A program made the translations under genes and the position numbers. Source: a bacterium UBP6_UBA1196 (GTDB lineage: Bacteria; UBP6; UBA1177). Taken from it: a stretch of DNA of 54,054 nt. The stretch lies in assembly GCA_002310035.1 (NCBI GenBank), contig DBYC01000053.1, positions 1-54,054 on the forward strand. The letters run 5' to 3'. The notes under the pieces are model-generated. The model ran no database searches. It saw only the letters and a list, made by a program, of their open reading frames with translations, and had not been told where the DNA came from. Positions 1-9,529 of the stretch are shown here, in pieces (the first letter of the stretch is position 1; each line of letters opens with the position of its first letter).

Positions 1-477
1 AAATTCAATCAGGAAGGAGAACAAACAGAATATCTTTATTTTGACAAAGAAAATGAAAACCGATTTGTTTATTATGATACTTTTAAGAAAAAAATAGTTC
101 TTGTTGAAAGAAACGGAGAAACTTTCAAAAAAACAGATCTTATAACAGATTTTACAGAAGAATCTGCTCAGAAAGCTTATTCAATTCCACCAAGAATGCT
201 TCGTGGGAATCTTCTTTTGTATGAGGAAATAACAGATGATGTGACAGAAAACGGCGGAAGATTGTGTTACTATCGGATTGATAAAAATAAGAAATATTGC
301 ATGAAAAAGATGGAGAAAGATGAAACTTATTCCGACGGAACAACAATATTTCCGTATGGTTATGCTGAATTTGAGGGAAAATGGTTACTTTATCAGAAAC
401 GGAATTCAACACCTTTGATACTTCGGGACATGGACTGTTATTGTAAAGAAGAAAGGGTTTGCCCGTTTGAGGAATAA
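1..477 (+). CDS. C-terminal fragment (5' end outside window) of a secreted Cys-rich paralog-family protein; third copy of the 32604 and 38311 genes
   Basis: Frame 1 is open from nt 1 to the TAA at 475-477. The last ~60 aa (LCYYRIDKNKKYCMKKMEKDE...FEGKWLLYQKRNSTPLILRDMDCYCKEERVCPFEE) align almost residue for residue with the C-termini of the 32604..34157 and 38311..39921 products. Confidence 0.75.
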   Translation, partial: KFNQEGEQTEYLYFDKENENRFVYYDTFKKKIVLVERNGETFKKTDLITDFTEESAQKAYSIPPRMLRGNLLLYEEITDDVTENGGRLCYYRIDKNKKYCMKKMEKDETYSDGTTIFPYGYAEFEGKWLLYQKRNSTPLILRDMDCYCKEERVCPFEE

Positions 478-599
478 TCTTAAAAATGTGGGTTTAAATA
501 TGCCTTGTTTTCAAGCGTTTTTTCAGTATAATTTAACGTTTTTGTTTTTTTAGGGAATGAATTAGAGCTTTCAATGAATGACGAAATATGGAGGATGCC

Positions 600-1091
600 A
601 TGAAAAAATCTCTTTTATTAGTTGCAATTTCAGTTGTTTTCATGCTTTTGAGCTGTGGAGGCAGCGACAACGGTTCGGAAAACGAAAACAGTTTCGAAGC
701 TGTCGATGTCGGAGAATGCCGTCAGGTAGAACCTGCTATTTCTTTCAGGGACAGAATTTATACGGAAAACGAAGACTACTATTCCTGCAACGAGTATGTC
801 GAAGTTACTGAAACAAAAGACAAAACCATTAAATTCAACTGGTTCGGCGAGATGCACTGCGGTTATGACTGGGAATACGGCTACAAAGTTGAAGGAATCG
901 AGGAAAATGTTCTCAAAGTCAGCATTCTGGAACGCGATACAGACCTTGATCTGGCTGCAGGATGTGACGATTGCTGTTATCTTATGCCGATAGAATACAC
1001 GGCTTCGACCGCAGAAGAAATCGAATCGATCAAAGCAATCGAAATCAATTACGAAGGCAAAAACCACAAAGCTTCTTTCGAAATAAAGTAA
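600..1091 (+). CDS. hypothetical lipoprotein (Cys-containing, acidic)
   Basis: ORF 588..1091. GGAGGA at 590-595 favours the ATG at 600. N-terminus MKKSLLLVAISVVFMLLSCGG is a signal peptide plus lipobox. No family recognised. Confidence 0.6.
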   Translation: MKKSLLLVAISVVFMLLSCGGSDNGSENENSFEAVDVGECRQVEPAISFRDRIYTENEDYYSCNEYVEVTETKDKTIKFNWFGEMHCGYDWEYGYKVEGIEENVLKVSILERDTDLDLAAGCDDCCYLMPIEYTASTAEEIESIKAIEINYEGKNHKASFEIK

Positions 1092-1117
1092 CTGCTGCAA
1101 GATGTTTTTCATATAGA

Positions 1118-1648
1118 ATGATCAGAAAACCTTCAGTTTACATGAGCCGCTGCTTCGGCTTCGACAAATGCCGCTACGATGCAAAGGATTTTTTCTGCGA
1201 ATTCGCCGAAAAACTCAAAAAGCATGTAGAAATCGTTCACTGGTGTCCCGAAATCGCGATAGGTCTTGGCTGTCCCCGGGAAAAAATCAGAGTAGTGAGA
1301 ATTGACGGAAAAAATCAGCTTTTTCAGCCGGAAACGGGAAAGTTTTTTACTGAAAAAATGACAGAATTTTCAGACAAATACCTGAAAATACTTGAAAATA
1401 TCGACGGGTTTTTTCTCAAGGCAAAAAGCCCTAGCTGCGGAGTCAGAAATACGAAACTCTACCGCGGAAAAAGTGACGAACTTATTTCTACTGACGCAAA
1501 CGGCTTTTTTGCAGAAAGGGTCCTGGCTCTTTTCCCTGACACGCCGGTCCTCACCGAGCTGGATCTGGAAAACAAAGAAAAAACAGAGGATTTTCTTAAA
1601 AGAGTTTTCCTGAAATATGGAAGGATCCCGGCGGATTTCGCAGATTGA
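1118..1648 (+). CDS. DUF523 / YbbK (TudS-like) family protein
   Basis: Internal ATG at 1118 of ORF 971..1648 (the upstream extension overlaps the previous gene). Motifs typical of DUF523: SRCFGFDKCRYDAKD, WCPEIAIGLGCPREKIRVV, KAKSPSCGV. Confidence 0.65.
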   Translation: MIRKPSVYMSRCFGFDKCRYDAKDFFCEFAEKLKKHVEIVHWCPEIAIGLGCPREKIRVVRIDGKNQLFQPETGKFFTEKMTEFSDKYLKILENIDGFFLKAKSPSCGVRNTKLYRGKSDELISTDANGFFAERVLALFPDTPVLTELDLENKEKTEDFLKRVFLKYGRIPADFAD

Positions 1649-1750
1649 ATCCTATTTGGAAAAAAGTTAAAAACGCTTCACGAGGCAAAAAATTGCGATT
1701 TTTTGATTTATGCTTAAAATTAAAAGGTTTTTTTATTTTAGGAGGCAAAA

Positions 1751-2524
1751 ATGAAAAAGATTTCGTTGTTTTTCTTGATGGTTTTCAGTGTTTTTGTTCT
1801 TTTTGCGCAGGAAGCCCCGAAAGAGGAAGCTAAAAATGAAGTTAAGGAAGAGGTAAAGGCTGAACCGGCTGCTGAAGCAAAACCTGCTGATGCCGCACCT
1901 GAAGCTCAACAACCTGCTGAAGTAGCTCAACAACCCGCTGAAGCAGCTCCAGAATCTGCTGTAAAAGAACAACCGGAGGAAGGGAGTGCGCCTGAAGCTG
2001 CAGCGGAAGAGCCGAAACCGGTTGAACAGGCCGGCGAGGAAGCTCCGAAGCAGGAAGAACAGGCTGAAGAGGAAGTAGTCGATGCAGGCGATAAAACAGA
2101 AGAACAGGCCGGGGCTGAAGCTGCTGAAGAAAGGGAAGCTGTTGCCATAAACAAGACAAAAGCTCAGAAGATCAAGTATGAAAGACCCTATCTCGGTGTA
2201 GGAATCCCGCTTGTTGTGCTCGGATCGCTCTCTGTGGCAGTTCTTATGCCTGCGATGGGAACCATGGCTTTTGCCGCTTCTGATGCATGCGAAGGCAAAG
2301 ACTGGGGTTTTTGTACGGAACTTCACGAAAACAATAAATCACACCATACGGCATGGACGGTAGGAGCTGTTATGACCGGTGTCGTCGGAGCGGGAATGAT
2401 CGTTACAGGATCGTGGCTCATTACTATCAAAAAACCGCGGGAAAACCAGAAAATCGAATTGAGCAATGCGGCTGTTCTTCCGACCAAAGATGGAATGTTT
2501 GCGTCACTCGGATTTAAGTTCTAA
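1751..2524 (+). CDS. hypothetical secreted/membrane protein with Pro/Ala/Glu-rich low-complexity region
   Basis: AGGAGG 6 nt upstream of the ATG. Signal-like N-terminus MKKISLFFLMVFSVFVLFAQE, ~120-aa PAE-rich spacer (AQQPAEVAQQPAEA), and two C-terminal hydrophobic helices. Confidence 0.6.
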   Translation: MKKISLFFLMVFSVFVLFAQEAPKEEAKNEVKEEVKAEPAAEAKPADAAPEAQQPAEVAQQPAEAAPESAVKEQPEEGSAPEAAAEEPKPVEQAGEEAPKQEEQAEEEVVDAGDKTEEQAGAEAAEEREAVAINKTKAQKIKYERPYLGVGIPLVVLGSLSVAVLMPAMGTMAFAASDACEGKDWGFCTELHENNKSHHTAWTVGAVMTGVVGAGMIVTGSWLITIKKPRENQKIELSNAAVLPTKDGMFASLGFKF

Positions 2525-4756
2525 TTATTTTTTATAGATTATTTCCGCGCCGAAAGGCTCCAGCGTTATTTCCAACTTTTTTCCAGATATATTGATTTTA
2601 TTAGAGAAAAGTGTTTCTGCAGAATCGATTTTGAGTCCTGATATATCGATTTTCAGCGTTTTTTCTTCCTCGCCGTTGTTGAAGACGGCGATCACAGTGT
2701 CATCTCCCTGAACCATCGCGAAAGCGTAGATGTTTTCCGAAACAGCGAGATTTTTCCTCTTTCCGTGCATGAAGGCAGGATGGTTTTTGCGGAAGTTGCC
2801 GAGAATTTGAGTGTGCAAAAGATTCTTCTTCTGGTTTTCACTTAAATCGTCGCCGAAAATAGCCATTCTTCTGTTGTCCGGGTCGTTCGCGCCAGGCATT
2901 CCGAACTCGTCGCCCTGATAGATTATCGGGATCCCAGGATGTGTGAACATGAACGTCAGAGCGTTGCGCATCTTTTTGAACGGAAGCTCGTCTTCCGGCA
3001 GTTCAGGAGAGTTTTCCCACACTTTCCAGTCAGCTTCAGCGCCGCCCTGCGACGAAACACCGTCAAAATCCTTGTTTGCAAGGCTCAGAGCTCTAGCCAC
3101 ATCGTGGTTCCCGATGAAATTGCCCATGATCGAGCCTTTGTAGAAATCGTTCTGATAACGGTAGTCGTTGGTTTCAAGGAATTTCGTGAAAGTCTCGAAA
3201 TTCTCGCTCTGCAATAGGAATGTCCGCACAATGTGATGGTAAAGCGGGAAGTCGAACTGCCCGTCGAGCCTGTGTTCGCCGAGATAGGATCCGATTTCTT
3301 CCCAGCCCATATCCCCTGTGAAAGTTTCGCCGATCATGTAGAAAAGGATCCCGGTCGTTGTCACTTTGCGCTGGATAACCGTTTTCAGAGTAGTCGTGAA
3401 GTCGAGTTCCATGAGCCTTATCGCGTCAAGACGCAGACCGTCGATGTCAAATTCCTGGATCAGCCATATCAGGTGGTTGATGACAGCCTCCATCGCCTCG
3501 TCATTCTTGTAGTCGATATCGGCGAGATAATCGGTGAACCAGCATTCAACAGGCCTTTCCCAGCCGCATGTGTAGCCGCCGTTCGAATTTGCCGGAAGAC
3601 CATCTTTGGCCATGTTGAACCAGCCGCTGTTTTTGTAGGTTTTCCATAGGTATGAATCGGTGTGGACATGGTTCGGCACGAAGTCGAACATTACCCTGAT
3701 CCCCTTTTTATGCGCTTTCTGAATGAGTTCGTGCAGCTTTTCCTCGCTTCCGAAGTGCTTTTCTATCGATGAATCGAGCCCCGGAATGTGAAGTTCGTTG
3801 GTCCAGCCCGTCGCAACCGGCCAGTATGAGTGGTACGGCGCGTAATATCGTGTGTCGCCCCCCATTCCTTTGCCGGGATTTTCGGTATTTGCGACAGGAG
3901 AGCTTATCCAGAGGACATTCACGCCCATGTCGGAAAAGTAGTTGTCTTCGATCCTGTCGATGATCCCCTGAAAGTCTCCTCCCTGCCAGTTCGCCTTTTC
4001 GTCGATGTCGGGAAGGGGAGAGTCGTTGCTTTTGTCGCCGTTGCTGAAGCGGTCGGTCATAAGCTGATACATGAAGGCGTTTTCCCATTCAAACGGCGTT
4101 TCCTCTATCCAGACCGGCACCGTGAGAACTTCCGCAGCAAAGCCGTCGGTATCGAAAATCCTGAAAAACCATGTGAACTTTCCGCTATATTCGGCATTGT
4201 AATCTATTGAGATTATTCCTGTTTTTTTGTCGAAAGAGTAATCGGCCTTTTCTCTCCCGAGCAGGATCTCCGATTTTTTGAAATCCGGGTTTTTGCCAGA
4301 AATTCCGGCTGTGAATTTTATTTGAAATTTAATGCTTTTATCCGAAATTTCAGGTCTTCCGGCAAGTTCTATTGTCGGATAGCGGCAGTCTTTGACAACA
4401 AGTTTGCTGTAAGGGTTGTCTTTGTCAAACATCCTGAGCGGGTTCGCCGGATCAAGAAACCATTTTGAATCTTTTGCCGAGAAGAATTTGTAGGGGTAGT
4501 TTCCCGGAGCGAGAAAAAGCTCTGCACTCCAGACACCGTCCTTGTATGTCATCGGAGTCGCAAGCGACCAGTTGTTGAATGAGCTTCTGATGTAGAGGTC
4601 GTCTTCGGCGCGTCCGCTTACCGAAAGTGTTACTCCCCGGCAGTAGTTACCCTGAGACTCACTGCCGTCGCAGGAGATGAAAATTGACATGACCGCCAGT
4701 AATATCAAGACCAAAAGTGTTTTTACATTGTTGAAAGGAATACATGAATTGTCCAT
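2525..4756 (-). CDS. GH13 alpha-amylase-family glycoside hydrolase, lipoprotein, with N-terminal E-set/CBM48-like domain
   Basis: 743 aa with lipobox IFISC. GH13 conserved regions present: DRFSNGD, GGDFQGIIDRI, GIRVMFDFVPNHV, IDGLRLDAIRLM, MIGETF, FIGNHDVAR. Confidence 0.9.
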   Translation of the reverse strand: MDNSCIPFNNVKTLLVLILLAVMSIFISCDGSESQGNYCRGVTLSVSGRAEDDLYIRSSFNNWSLATPMTYKDGVWSAELFLAPGNYPYKFFSAKDSKWFLDPANPLRMFDKDNPYSKLVVKDCRYPTIELAGRPEISDKSIKFQIKFTAGISGKNPDFKKSEILLGREKADYSFDKKTGIISIDYNAEYSGKFTWFFRIFDTDGFAAEVLTVPVWIEETPFEWENAFMYQLMTDRFSNGDKSNDSPLPDIDEKANWQGGDFQGIIDRIEDNYFSDMGVNVLWISSPVANTENPGKGMGGDTRYYAPYHSYWPVATGWTNELHIPGLDSSIEKHFGSEEKLHELIQKAHKKGIRVMFDFVPNHVHTDSYLWKTYKNSGWFNMAKDGLPANSNGGYTCGWERPVECWFTDYLADIDYKNDEAMEAVINHLIWLIQEFDIDGLRLDAIRLMELDFTTTLKTVIQRKVTTTGILFYMIGETFTGDMGWEEIGSYLGEHRLDGQFDFPLYHHIVRTFLLQSENFETFTKFLETNDYRYQNDFYKGSIMGNFIGNHDVARALSLANKDFDGVSSQGGAEADWKVWENSPELPEDELPFKKMRNALTFMFTHPGIPIIYQGDEFGMPGANDPDNRRMAIFGDDLSENQKKNLLHTQILGNFRKNHPAFMHGKRKNLAVSENIYAFAMVQGDDTVIAVFNNGEEEKTLKIDISGLKIDSAETLFSNKINISGKKLEITLEPFGAEIIYKK

Positions 4757-7700
4757 GTGTTTTCTCCTTCATGTGGTTTTAAATTAAATCCGGCCTGAGC
4801 CGTTATCGATCCGATAGGCGATGCGTAGAGGAGACCGCCGCCCGAGGAATAGCGGAAAAGGTCACCTTCGCCGACATGTTCCGCTTCTTCCCAGAGGTTT
4901 CCGATATCGACAAACCCCAGAAGATAGAGGTCGGTTATCAGTTTGACCCTTAATTCGTTCCTAATAAACATGTAGAATTTACCTTCCGCCATTTCGTCAT
5001 TCATGTCGTTAGGAAGAAGTTCGTTCGTATAGAATCCGCGCATTGTCGTGTTGCCGCCGAGCTTGAGGACATCATCTGAGGAAAGTTCGCCGGAATGCGG
5101 CAGGAGGAATGCCGAAGCCAGATATGAGTGAAAAATCAGGCGGTCGGTCGAGACGCGGTCGCCTGCGAAGTTCGTTCTGTAGTGCAGCGGAATGTAGAGT
5201 GCCAGTCCGCCTTCAAAAAGTGAATACTGGTTTTTGTCGCCGGCTACCGAAGAGGTGTTCTGGTATCTGAGCGAAAGTTTCCACCCTTTTGTAGGGAAGA
5301 AAACCGAGTCGCGAAAGTCGATGTAACCTCTGATTTCAGGCGATATTACGAGTCTTTGCAGGATTTCATAGCTGACATCGCCCTCATCCGAAACTTCGTA
5401 GTCTTTTTCGTATCTGTATGCGAGCTCGAAACCGGTCGAGATGTAGTAACGGTTGCTGAAACGCCGGAAAATACTGAAATAAAGACCGTTTTTGTCGATC
5501 ATGTAGGGAAGTCCGCCGTTGCTTCGTATGTCGTGAATATGGAAGGCGTCGATCTGTGCCGAAAGCGGGACTTTCGGAATGTAGGTGTCCTGAAAAAGAA
5601 AAGTCAGGTTCACTTTTCTTTCGGTCCTCTGCCACGATGTAAAGTCGTTGTCGTAGTATTTTCTGAACCTTTCATTCATAAAAAGTTCGATTTTCCGCGA
5701 GACTTTAAGGCTTATTTTCGATGAAACGCCTGATTTGACCATGTTTTTCCACTCGAAAGAGCCAATGAATCTGACGCCTTCATCGCTGCTGATCCCGACG
5801 CTCGGTGAAACTTTGAAGCGTTCCGATTCGCTGACTGTTACGACGAGATCCTTTTCGTCGTTAGGAAATTCGGGGTCGATGAAATCAATGTCAACCGACT
5901 GGAAAATGCCTGTCTGGAGCATGTTTCTCCGGCTGTATTGGAACGAATCCCCGTCGAGAACATCGCCGGGATCGATTCTCAGAATGTGGCGTACGACCCA
6001 GCTTGTCGTCAGGTAGTTGCCTGCGATCACGACTTCGGTGATTTTGACTTTGAAGAGATATTCGACGTTGAAAGTCAGAAAAACCTTGTTTCCGTCAATT
6101 TTTTCCTCATGCGTGACAAGGTGGAAAATATAGCCTTTGTCGGTCAGAAATTCAGATATTCTTTTCTGATAAGCCTGGACGATCCTTTCGTTGTAAGGGA
6201 GAGTCCGTGACATTTTCAGCTTTTTTTTCAGAGCTTTGTCCAGTTCGGCATTTCCGGTGAATGCATCGATCCCTGCAAGAAAATACTGGGTGTTTTCAGT
6301 GACGTCTATGTCGAGAACGAGTTTGCCGCCGTTGTCGTGTATAGCGACATTTGAAACTTCGACTTCGGTATATCCGCCGTTCTGGTAGATTTTTTCGGTC
6401 ATTTCCCTGATTTCATCGAGATAAGCTCTCGGTATGGCATGCGGCGAGTCGGGTTTCCCGACTTTGTCTTCTTTGCTGTCTTTCAAAGTTCTTTCACGCG
6501 ATCCGTCGGTGTCGATATAGCCGCCGCCGGTATGTGTTCTGTTTATCATTATCAGCGGAAAGTTCTCCTCTTCTATCCTGTCAGCAATGAAGTCCGAGAG
6601 TCTTTCTGTGACGATTTTTATGTTTCTTTCGTTGGTCGTTCCGTTCAGTACGATTTTGTTTATGAAGCGCCGTTCGTTTTCCTTTATTTTGATGTTGATC
6701 GTGCTTTCAGTCCCGGCAGAATCGGTTTTTTCCTGAATTTCAGGCGTGATTTCCGCATCGTGGAAACCGTATGAATGGTAAAGTATCTCGAGTTTTTTCC
6801 GGATGCTCGCGGTGTCGAAGTGATAATTCGGGATCTCTTTTACGACTTTTGTTATGGTATCCGGAGAAAACCAGTAGGCTCCTTCTACATTGACTGAAAA
6901 ATGGCTTCCTTTCCTGATGTTGAGGATTAGAAGTCCGTCCTTGCGCTTGTCTGAAGTCACGGCAATGTTGAGAAAACCCTCTTTTTTGTATCTGTCGATC
7001 ACGGCATATTCGATTTCAGTGACATTCTTGTCGGTGTAGGGGCGGCCTTTAAATGAAGATTCAAGATCGAAGATCAGTTTTTTGTACTCAGTTTTGTTGA
7101 AATTCCCGTTTATTTTGAATTTTTTGAATTTTTCCTGTGTTCCTTCGTCTATTCTGATCGTTATTTTTACAGTCGTTTCGGATAATCTTGTCGATCCGAT
7201 GCCTACTGCGACCGAGAACCATCCGTTTTCGCGGTAGTAATATATGATTTCTTCGCGTATTCTCAGAAAATCGTTTTCGGAATAGAGTGCGTTAAGGCCG
7301 ATTCCCGATGCAAGTTTCAGCTCTCTGTCGGTTATGTGGTGGTTGCCGTAGATTTTTATATCCTCAATTATGAGCTGCGGTTCTCCTTTGATGATGATTT
7401 TGACTTTGCCGTCTCCTGCTTTTTCAGAGCTTATGTCGATCTTCTCGAATTTTTTTGTTGCATACAGAAGTTTTACCGTTCTCCGTACTTTTTTTATCGA
7501 AAGCGGTTCGCCTTTTTTGATTTTTATGAGCCTTGAAAAGTCGGATTGCGGAAGCGGCGAGTCCCAGACGATTTCCGAGACGATTTCAGACGCAAAAACT
7601 CTAAAAGTGAAAAAAATAAAGAAAAGAAGTAATAAAAAACGGCGCCTGTTCAAAAAATCAACCGCAAAAAATATTAAAATTCTATTTTTCTTTTTGCCGG

Positions 7701-7758
7701 ATCTTCGTTTTGTCTGAAGAAAATGAATGTGTGACCGATCGAGCCGCAGCATTCGCAT
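4723..7758 (-). CDS. bamA: Omp85/BamA-family outer membrane protein assembly factor (unusually long)
   Basis: 1011-aa ORF with hydrophobic signal (FFIFFTFRVFASE), repeated POTRA-like modules, and a C-terminal barrel carrying the loop-6 motif GGNTTMRGF. The ATG at 7758 overlaps yhbY by 85 nt; an in-frame TTG at 7653 is an alternative start. Confidence 0.8.
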   Translation of the reverse strand: MRMLRLDRSHIHFLQTKRRSGKKKNRILIFFAVDFLNRRRFLLLLFFIFFTFRVFASEIVSEIVWDSPLPQSDFSRLIKIKKGEPLSIKKVRRTVKLLYATKKFEKIDISSEKAGDGKVKIIIKGEPQLIIEDIKIYGNHHITDRELKLASGIGLNALYSENDFLRIREEIIYYYRENGWFSVAVGIGSTRLSETTVKITIRIDEGTQEKFKKFKINGNFNKTEYKKLIFDLESSFKGRPYTDKNVTEIEYAVIDRYKKEGFLNIAVTSDKRKDGLLILNIRKGSHFSVNVEGAYWFSPDTITKVVKEIPNYHFDTASIRKKLEILYHSYGFHDAEITPEIQEKTDSAGTESTINIKIKENERRFINKIVLNGTTNERNIKIVTERLSDFIADRIEEENFPLIMINRTHTGGGYIDTDGSRERTLKDSKEDKVGKPDSPHAIPRAYLDEIREMTEKIYQNGGYTEVEVSNVAIHDNGGKLVLDIDVTENTQYFLAGIDAFTGNAELDKALKKKLKMSRTLPYNERIVQAYQKRISEFLTDKGYIFHLVTHEEKIDGNKVFLTFNVEYLFKVKITEVVIAGNYLTTSWVVRHILRIDPGDVLDGDSFQYSRRNMLQTGIFQSVDIDFIDPEFPNDEKDLVVTVSESERFKVSPSVGISSDEGVRFIGSFEWKNMVKSGVSSKISLKVSRKIELFMNERFRKYYDNDFTSWQRTERKVNLTFLFQDTYIPKVPLSAQIDAFHIHDIRSNGGLPYMIDKNGLYFSIFRRFSNRYYISTGFELAYRYEKDYEVSDEGDVSYEILQRLVISPEIRGYIDFRDSVFFPTKGWKLSLRYQNTSSVAGDKNQYSLFEGGLALYIPLHYRTNFAGDRVSTDRLIFHSYLASAFLLPHSGELSSDDVLKLGGNTTMRGFYTNELLPNDMNDEMAEGKFYMFIRNELRVKLITDLYLLGFVDIGNLWEEAEHVGEGDLFRYSSGGGLLYASPIGSITAQAGFNLKPHEGENTWTIHVFLSTM

Positions 7759-7970
7759 TGCAGTTTTTCTACTATTCCGGCGGCAATTTCCTTTTTCTCG
7801 TCAATGTAGTCTATGAATTTGATTTTTATCAGCTCGTGAGCCGTCAGAGCCTCGTCGATCTGGGATATGACCTGGTCGGTACAGCCGTTTCTGCCGATGA
7901 GAACGACAGGATTCAGCGCATGAGCCAGACCTCTGAGATATTTTTTGTCTTTTCCGGTCAGTTTTTTCAT
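7674..7970 (-). CDS. yhbY: YhbY-like CRM-domain RNA-binding protein (ribosome assembly)
   Basis: 98 aa. LTGKDKKYLRGLAHALNPVVLIGRNG...AHELIKIKF is the typical YhbY signature. Confidence 0.8.
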   Translation of the reverse strand: MKKLTGKDKKYLRGLAHALNPVVLIGRNGCTDQVISQIDEALTAHELIKIKFIDYIDEKKEIAAGIVEKLQCECCGSIGHTFIFFRQNEDPAKRKIEF

Positions 7971-8429
7971 TTAACTCTCCATATAAGTTTTTTTCAGTTC
8001 TTTAAAATCGGCCGTTTCCATGAATCTTTCGAGAATTATCGCCGCTGCGGTCGAGTCGATTACACCGGACTGCTTTTTTGCACGGTAGTTCTTCGGATTG
8101 ACTTTTTTTATTTCAAGAGCTTCTTCCGACGAATGGAACTCGTCAACTCCGAAAAAAGGGACATTTTCATAAATTTTCATGAGTCTTCTCTCGAAACCGC
8201 GCACTACCGGCATGAAGCTGCTCTCTTCGCCGTTGGCACGGAGCGGATGTCCTATGGCGAAAGCGGCGATTTCGAAATCGATCATATCTCCGAGACGCGC
8301 AAGGTCGTCGTTTATCGAATCCTTTCTTTTTAAAGTACCGATAATTGTCGGGAAATTCCATGTCGGATCTGTCGCTGCCACTCCTACGAATTTCATGCCG
8401 ACATCCAGAGAAACGACTCTTTTAGTCAT
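7971..8429 (-). CDS. ruvX: YqgF/RuvX putative pre-16S rRNA nuclease (Holliday junction resolvase-like)
   Basis: Start taken at MTKRVVSLDVGMKFVGVAATD (Met12 of ORF 7971..8462, 8-nt overlap with the upstream gene). Has AIGHPLRANGEES and C-terminal DSTAAAIILERF, typical of YqgF. Confidence 0.8.
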   Translation of the reverse strand: MTKRVVSLDVGMKFVGVAATDPTWNFPTIIGTLKRKDSINDDLARLGDMIDFEIAAFAIGHPLRANGEESSFMPVVRGFERRLMKIYENVPFFGVDEFHSSEEALEIKKVNPKNYRAKKQSGVIDSTAAAIILERFMETADFKELKKTYMES

Positions 8430-9528
8430 TGTTCTTTCCGGAAAGCGATGCAAGCTGTTCAAGCACGGTTTCTTTGATTATGCTTCTCGCGTTTTTTTCC
8501 AGCCATTCGAAAACGGCCGCTTTTATTTCATTGTCAGGCTCCGTTTCCGTGTTTGCTGTTACGGTTTTTGCGGTTTGCCGCGGTTCTTCCGGTTTTTCAA
8601 TATCCTGCTTCGGAATAGGCGTGACTTTCGTGATTTCCGGCTTGTATTCGCTGCTGCTCTCCGTTTTGAATTCATTGTCGGAAGAGTCTCCGAAAAGGAA
8701 GTCGTCGAAATCGGAATTGTTTTCCACGGCTGCCGTCTGGTTTGCGGTGTTTTCAGCTTTCGGTTTCAGGTCGATTCCGGCAGCTTCAGGGACGGTGTTT
8801 CCGCTGGGTTCGGTTCTGAATTCATTCGAAAAAGAGTTTATGATACTGTCGATTTCGTTGTCATTGTCGTCGAAGGAAGAGGGCGGAACTTGAAAAGTTT
8901 TTTTCTCTTCCTGTCTGGTGCTGCTGACTGTTTCTGGCGAAAAATCCGCATTTTTTTTGTCTGTTACAGGCTGAAATTCCGCACTTCCTTTGTCTGTTGT
9001 TCCTGTTCCGTTGCTAAAGAAATCCTCTTCGTCGAAGGAATTACCGAAAAGATCGGATTCAGCTGTGTTTTCCGCTGGTTTATGGCCGGAAACGACTTCA
9101 TCGGAAGTAAGTTCGAAAGCCTCTTCGTTGTCCTCGAGTCCCGAAAGAATATCGTGGACGGTGTCTGTTTTTTCGTCTTCGTCATCGTTTTCGTTCGTTT
9201 CTTCGGGAAGAGGCGGAACCATCCTGTCGAAAACAGTCAGAAGTTCCGTTCTGTTGAAGTTTCTCGGCAGAGTCTTGATCTCGGCGTTTTTAGTGTTTGT
9301 CGAAAGGAGAAAAGGGATCCCCGTCGATTTCATCATTGCGATTATTCCCTGCGGAACAAGTGATTCCTCGGCTACTATAAGGTTGAATTTTTCCTGCTGA
9401 AGTTTTTCCAGAAATCCGTTCAGTGTGTCCTTTAGCATGATCCGCCAGTCTGAATCGTGCGTGTAATCCAGATATCTTTCGGTGATTACCGGATTCGTTT
9501 CCAAAATGAGCGCAGTTCTTGAAGCCAT
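8422..9528 (-). CDS. hypothetical protein: degenerate receiver-like N-domain plus ~230-aa acidic disordered region
   Basis: The ATG at 9528 lies 1 nt after the rluD stop. The N-terminal ~110 aa has a CheY-like beta/alpha pattern (ALILETNP...FNLIVAEESLVP) but lacks the acidic pocket and phospho-Asp consensus. The rest is D/E/S/T-rich. Confidence 0.55.
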   Translation of the reverse strand: MASRTALILETNPVITERYLDYTHDSDWRIMLKDTLNGFLEKLQQEKFNLIVAEESLVPQGIIAMMKSTGIPFLLSTNTKNAEIKTLPRNFNRTELLTVFDRMVPPLPEETNENDDEDEKTDTVHDILSGLEDNEEAFELTSDEVVSGHKPAENTAESDLFGNSFDEEDFFSNGTGTTDKGSAEFQPVTDKKNADFSPETVSSTRQEEKKTFQVPPSSFDDNDNEIDSIINSFSNEFRTEPSGNTVPEAAGIDLKPKAENTANQTAAVENNSDFDDFLFGDSSDNEFKTESSSEYKPEITKVTPIPKQDIEKPEEPRQTAKTVTANTETEPDNEIKAAVFEWLEKNARSIIKETVLEQLASLSGKNND

Positions 9529-9529
9529 T

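Noticed and set aside
971-1117. Upstream extension of the DUF523 ORF overlapping the preceding lipoprotein gene.
   Set aside because: It is an Arg-rich out-of-frame read-through of the neighbour. Homology-like sequence begins at the ATG at 1118.
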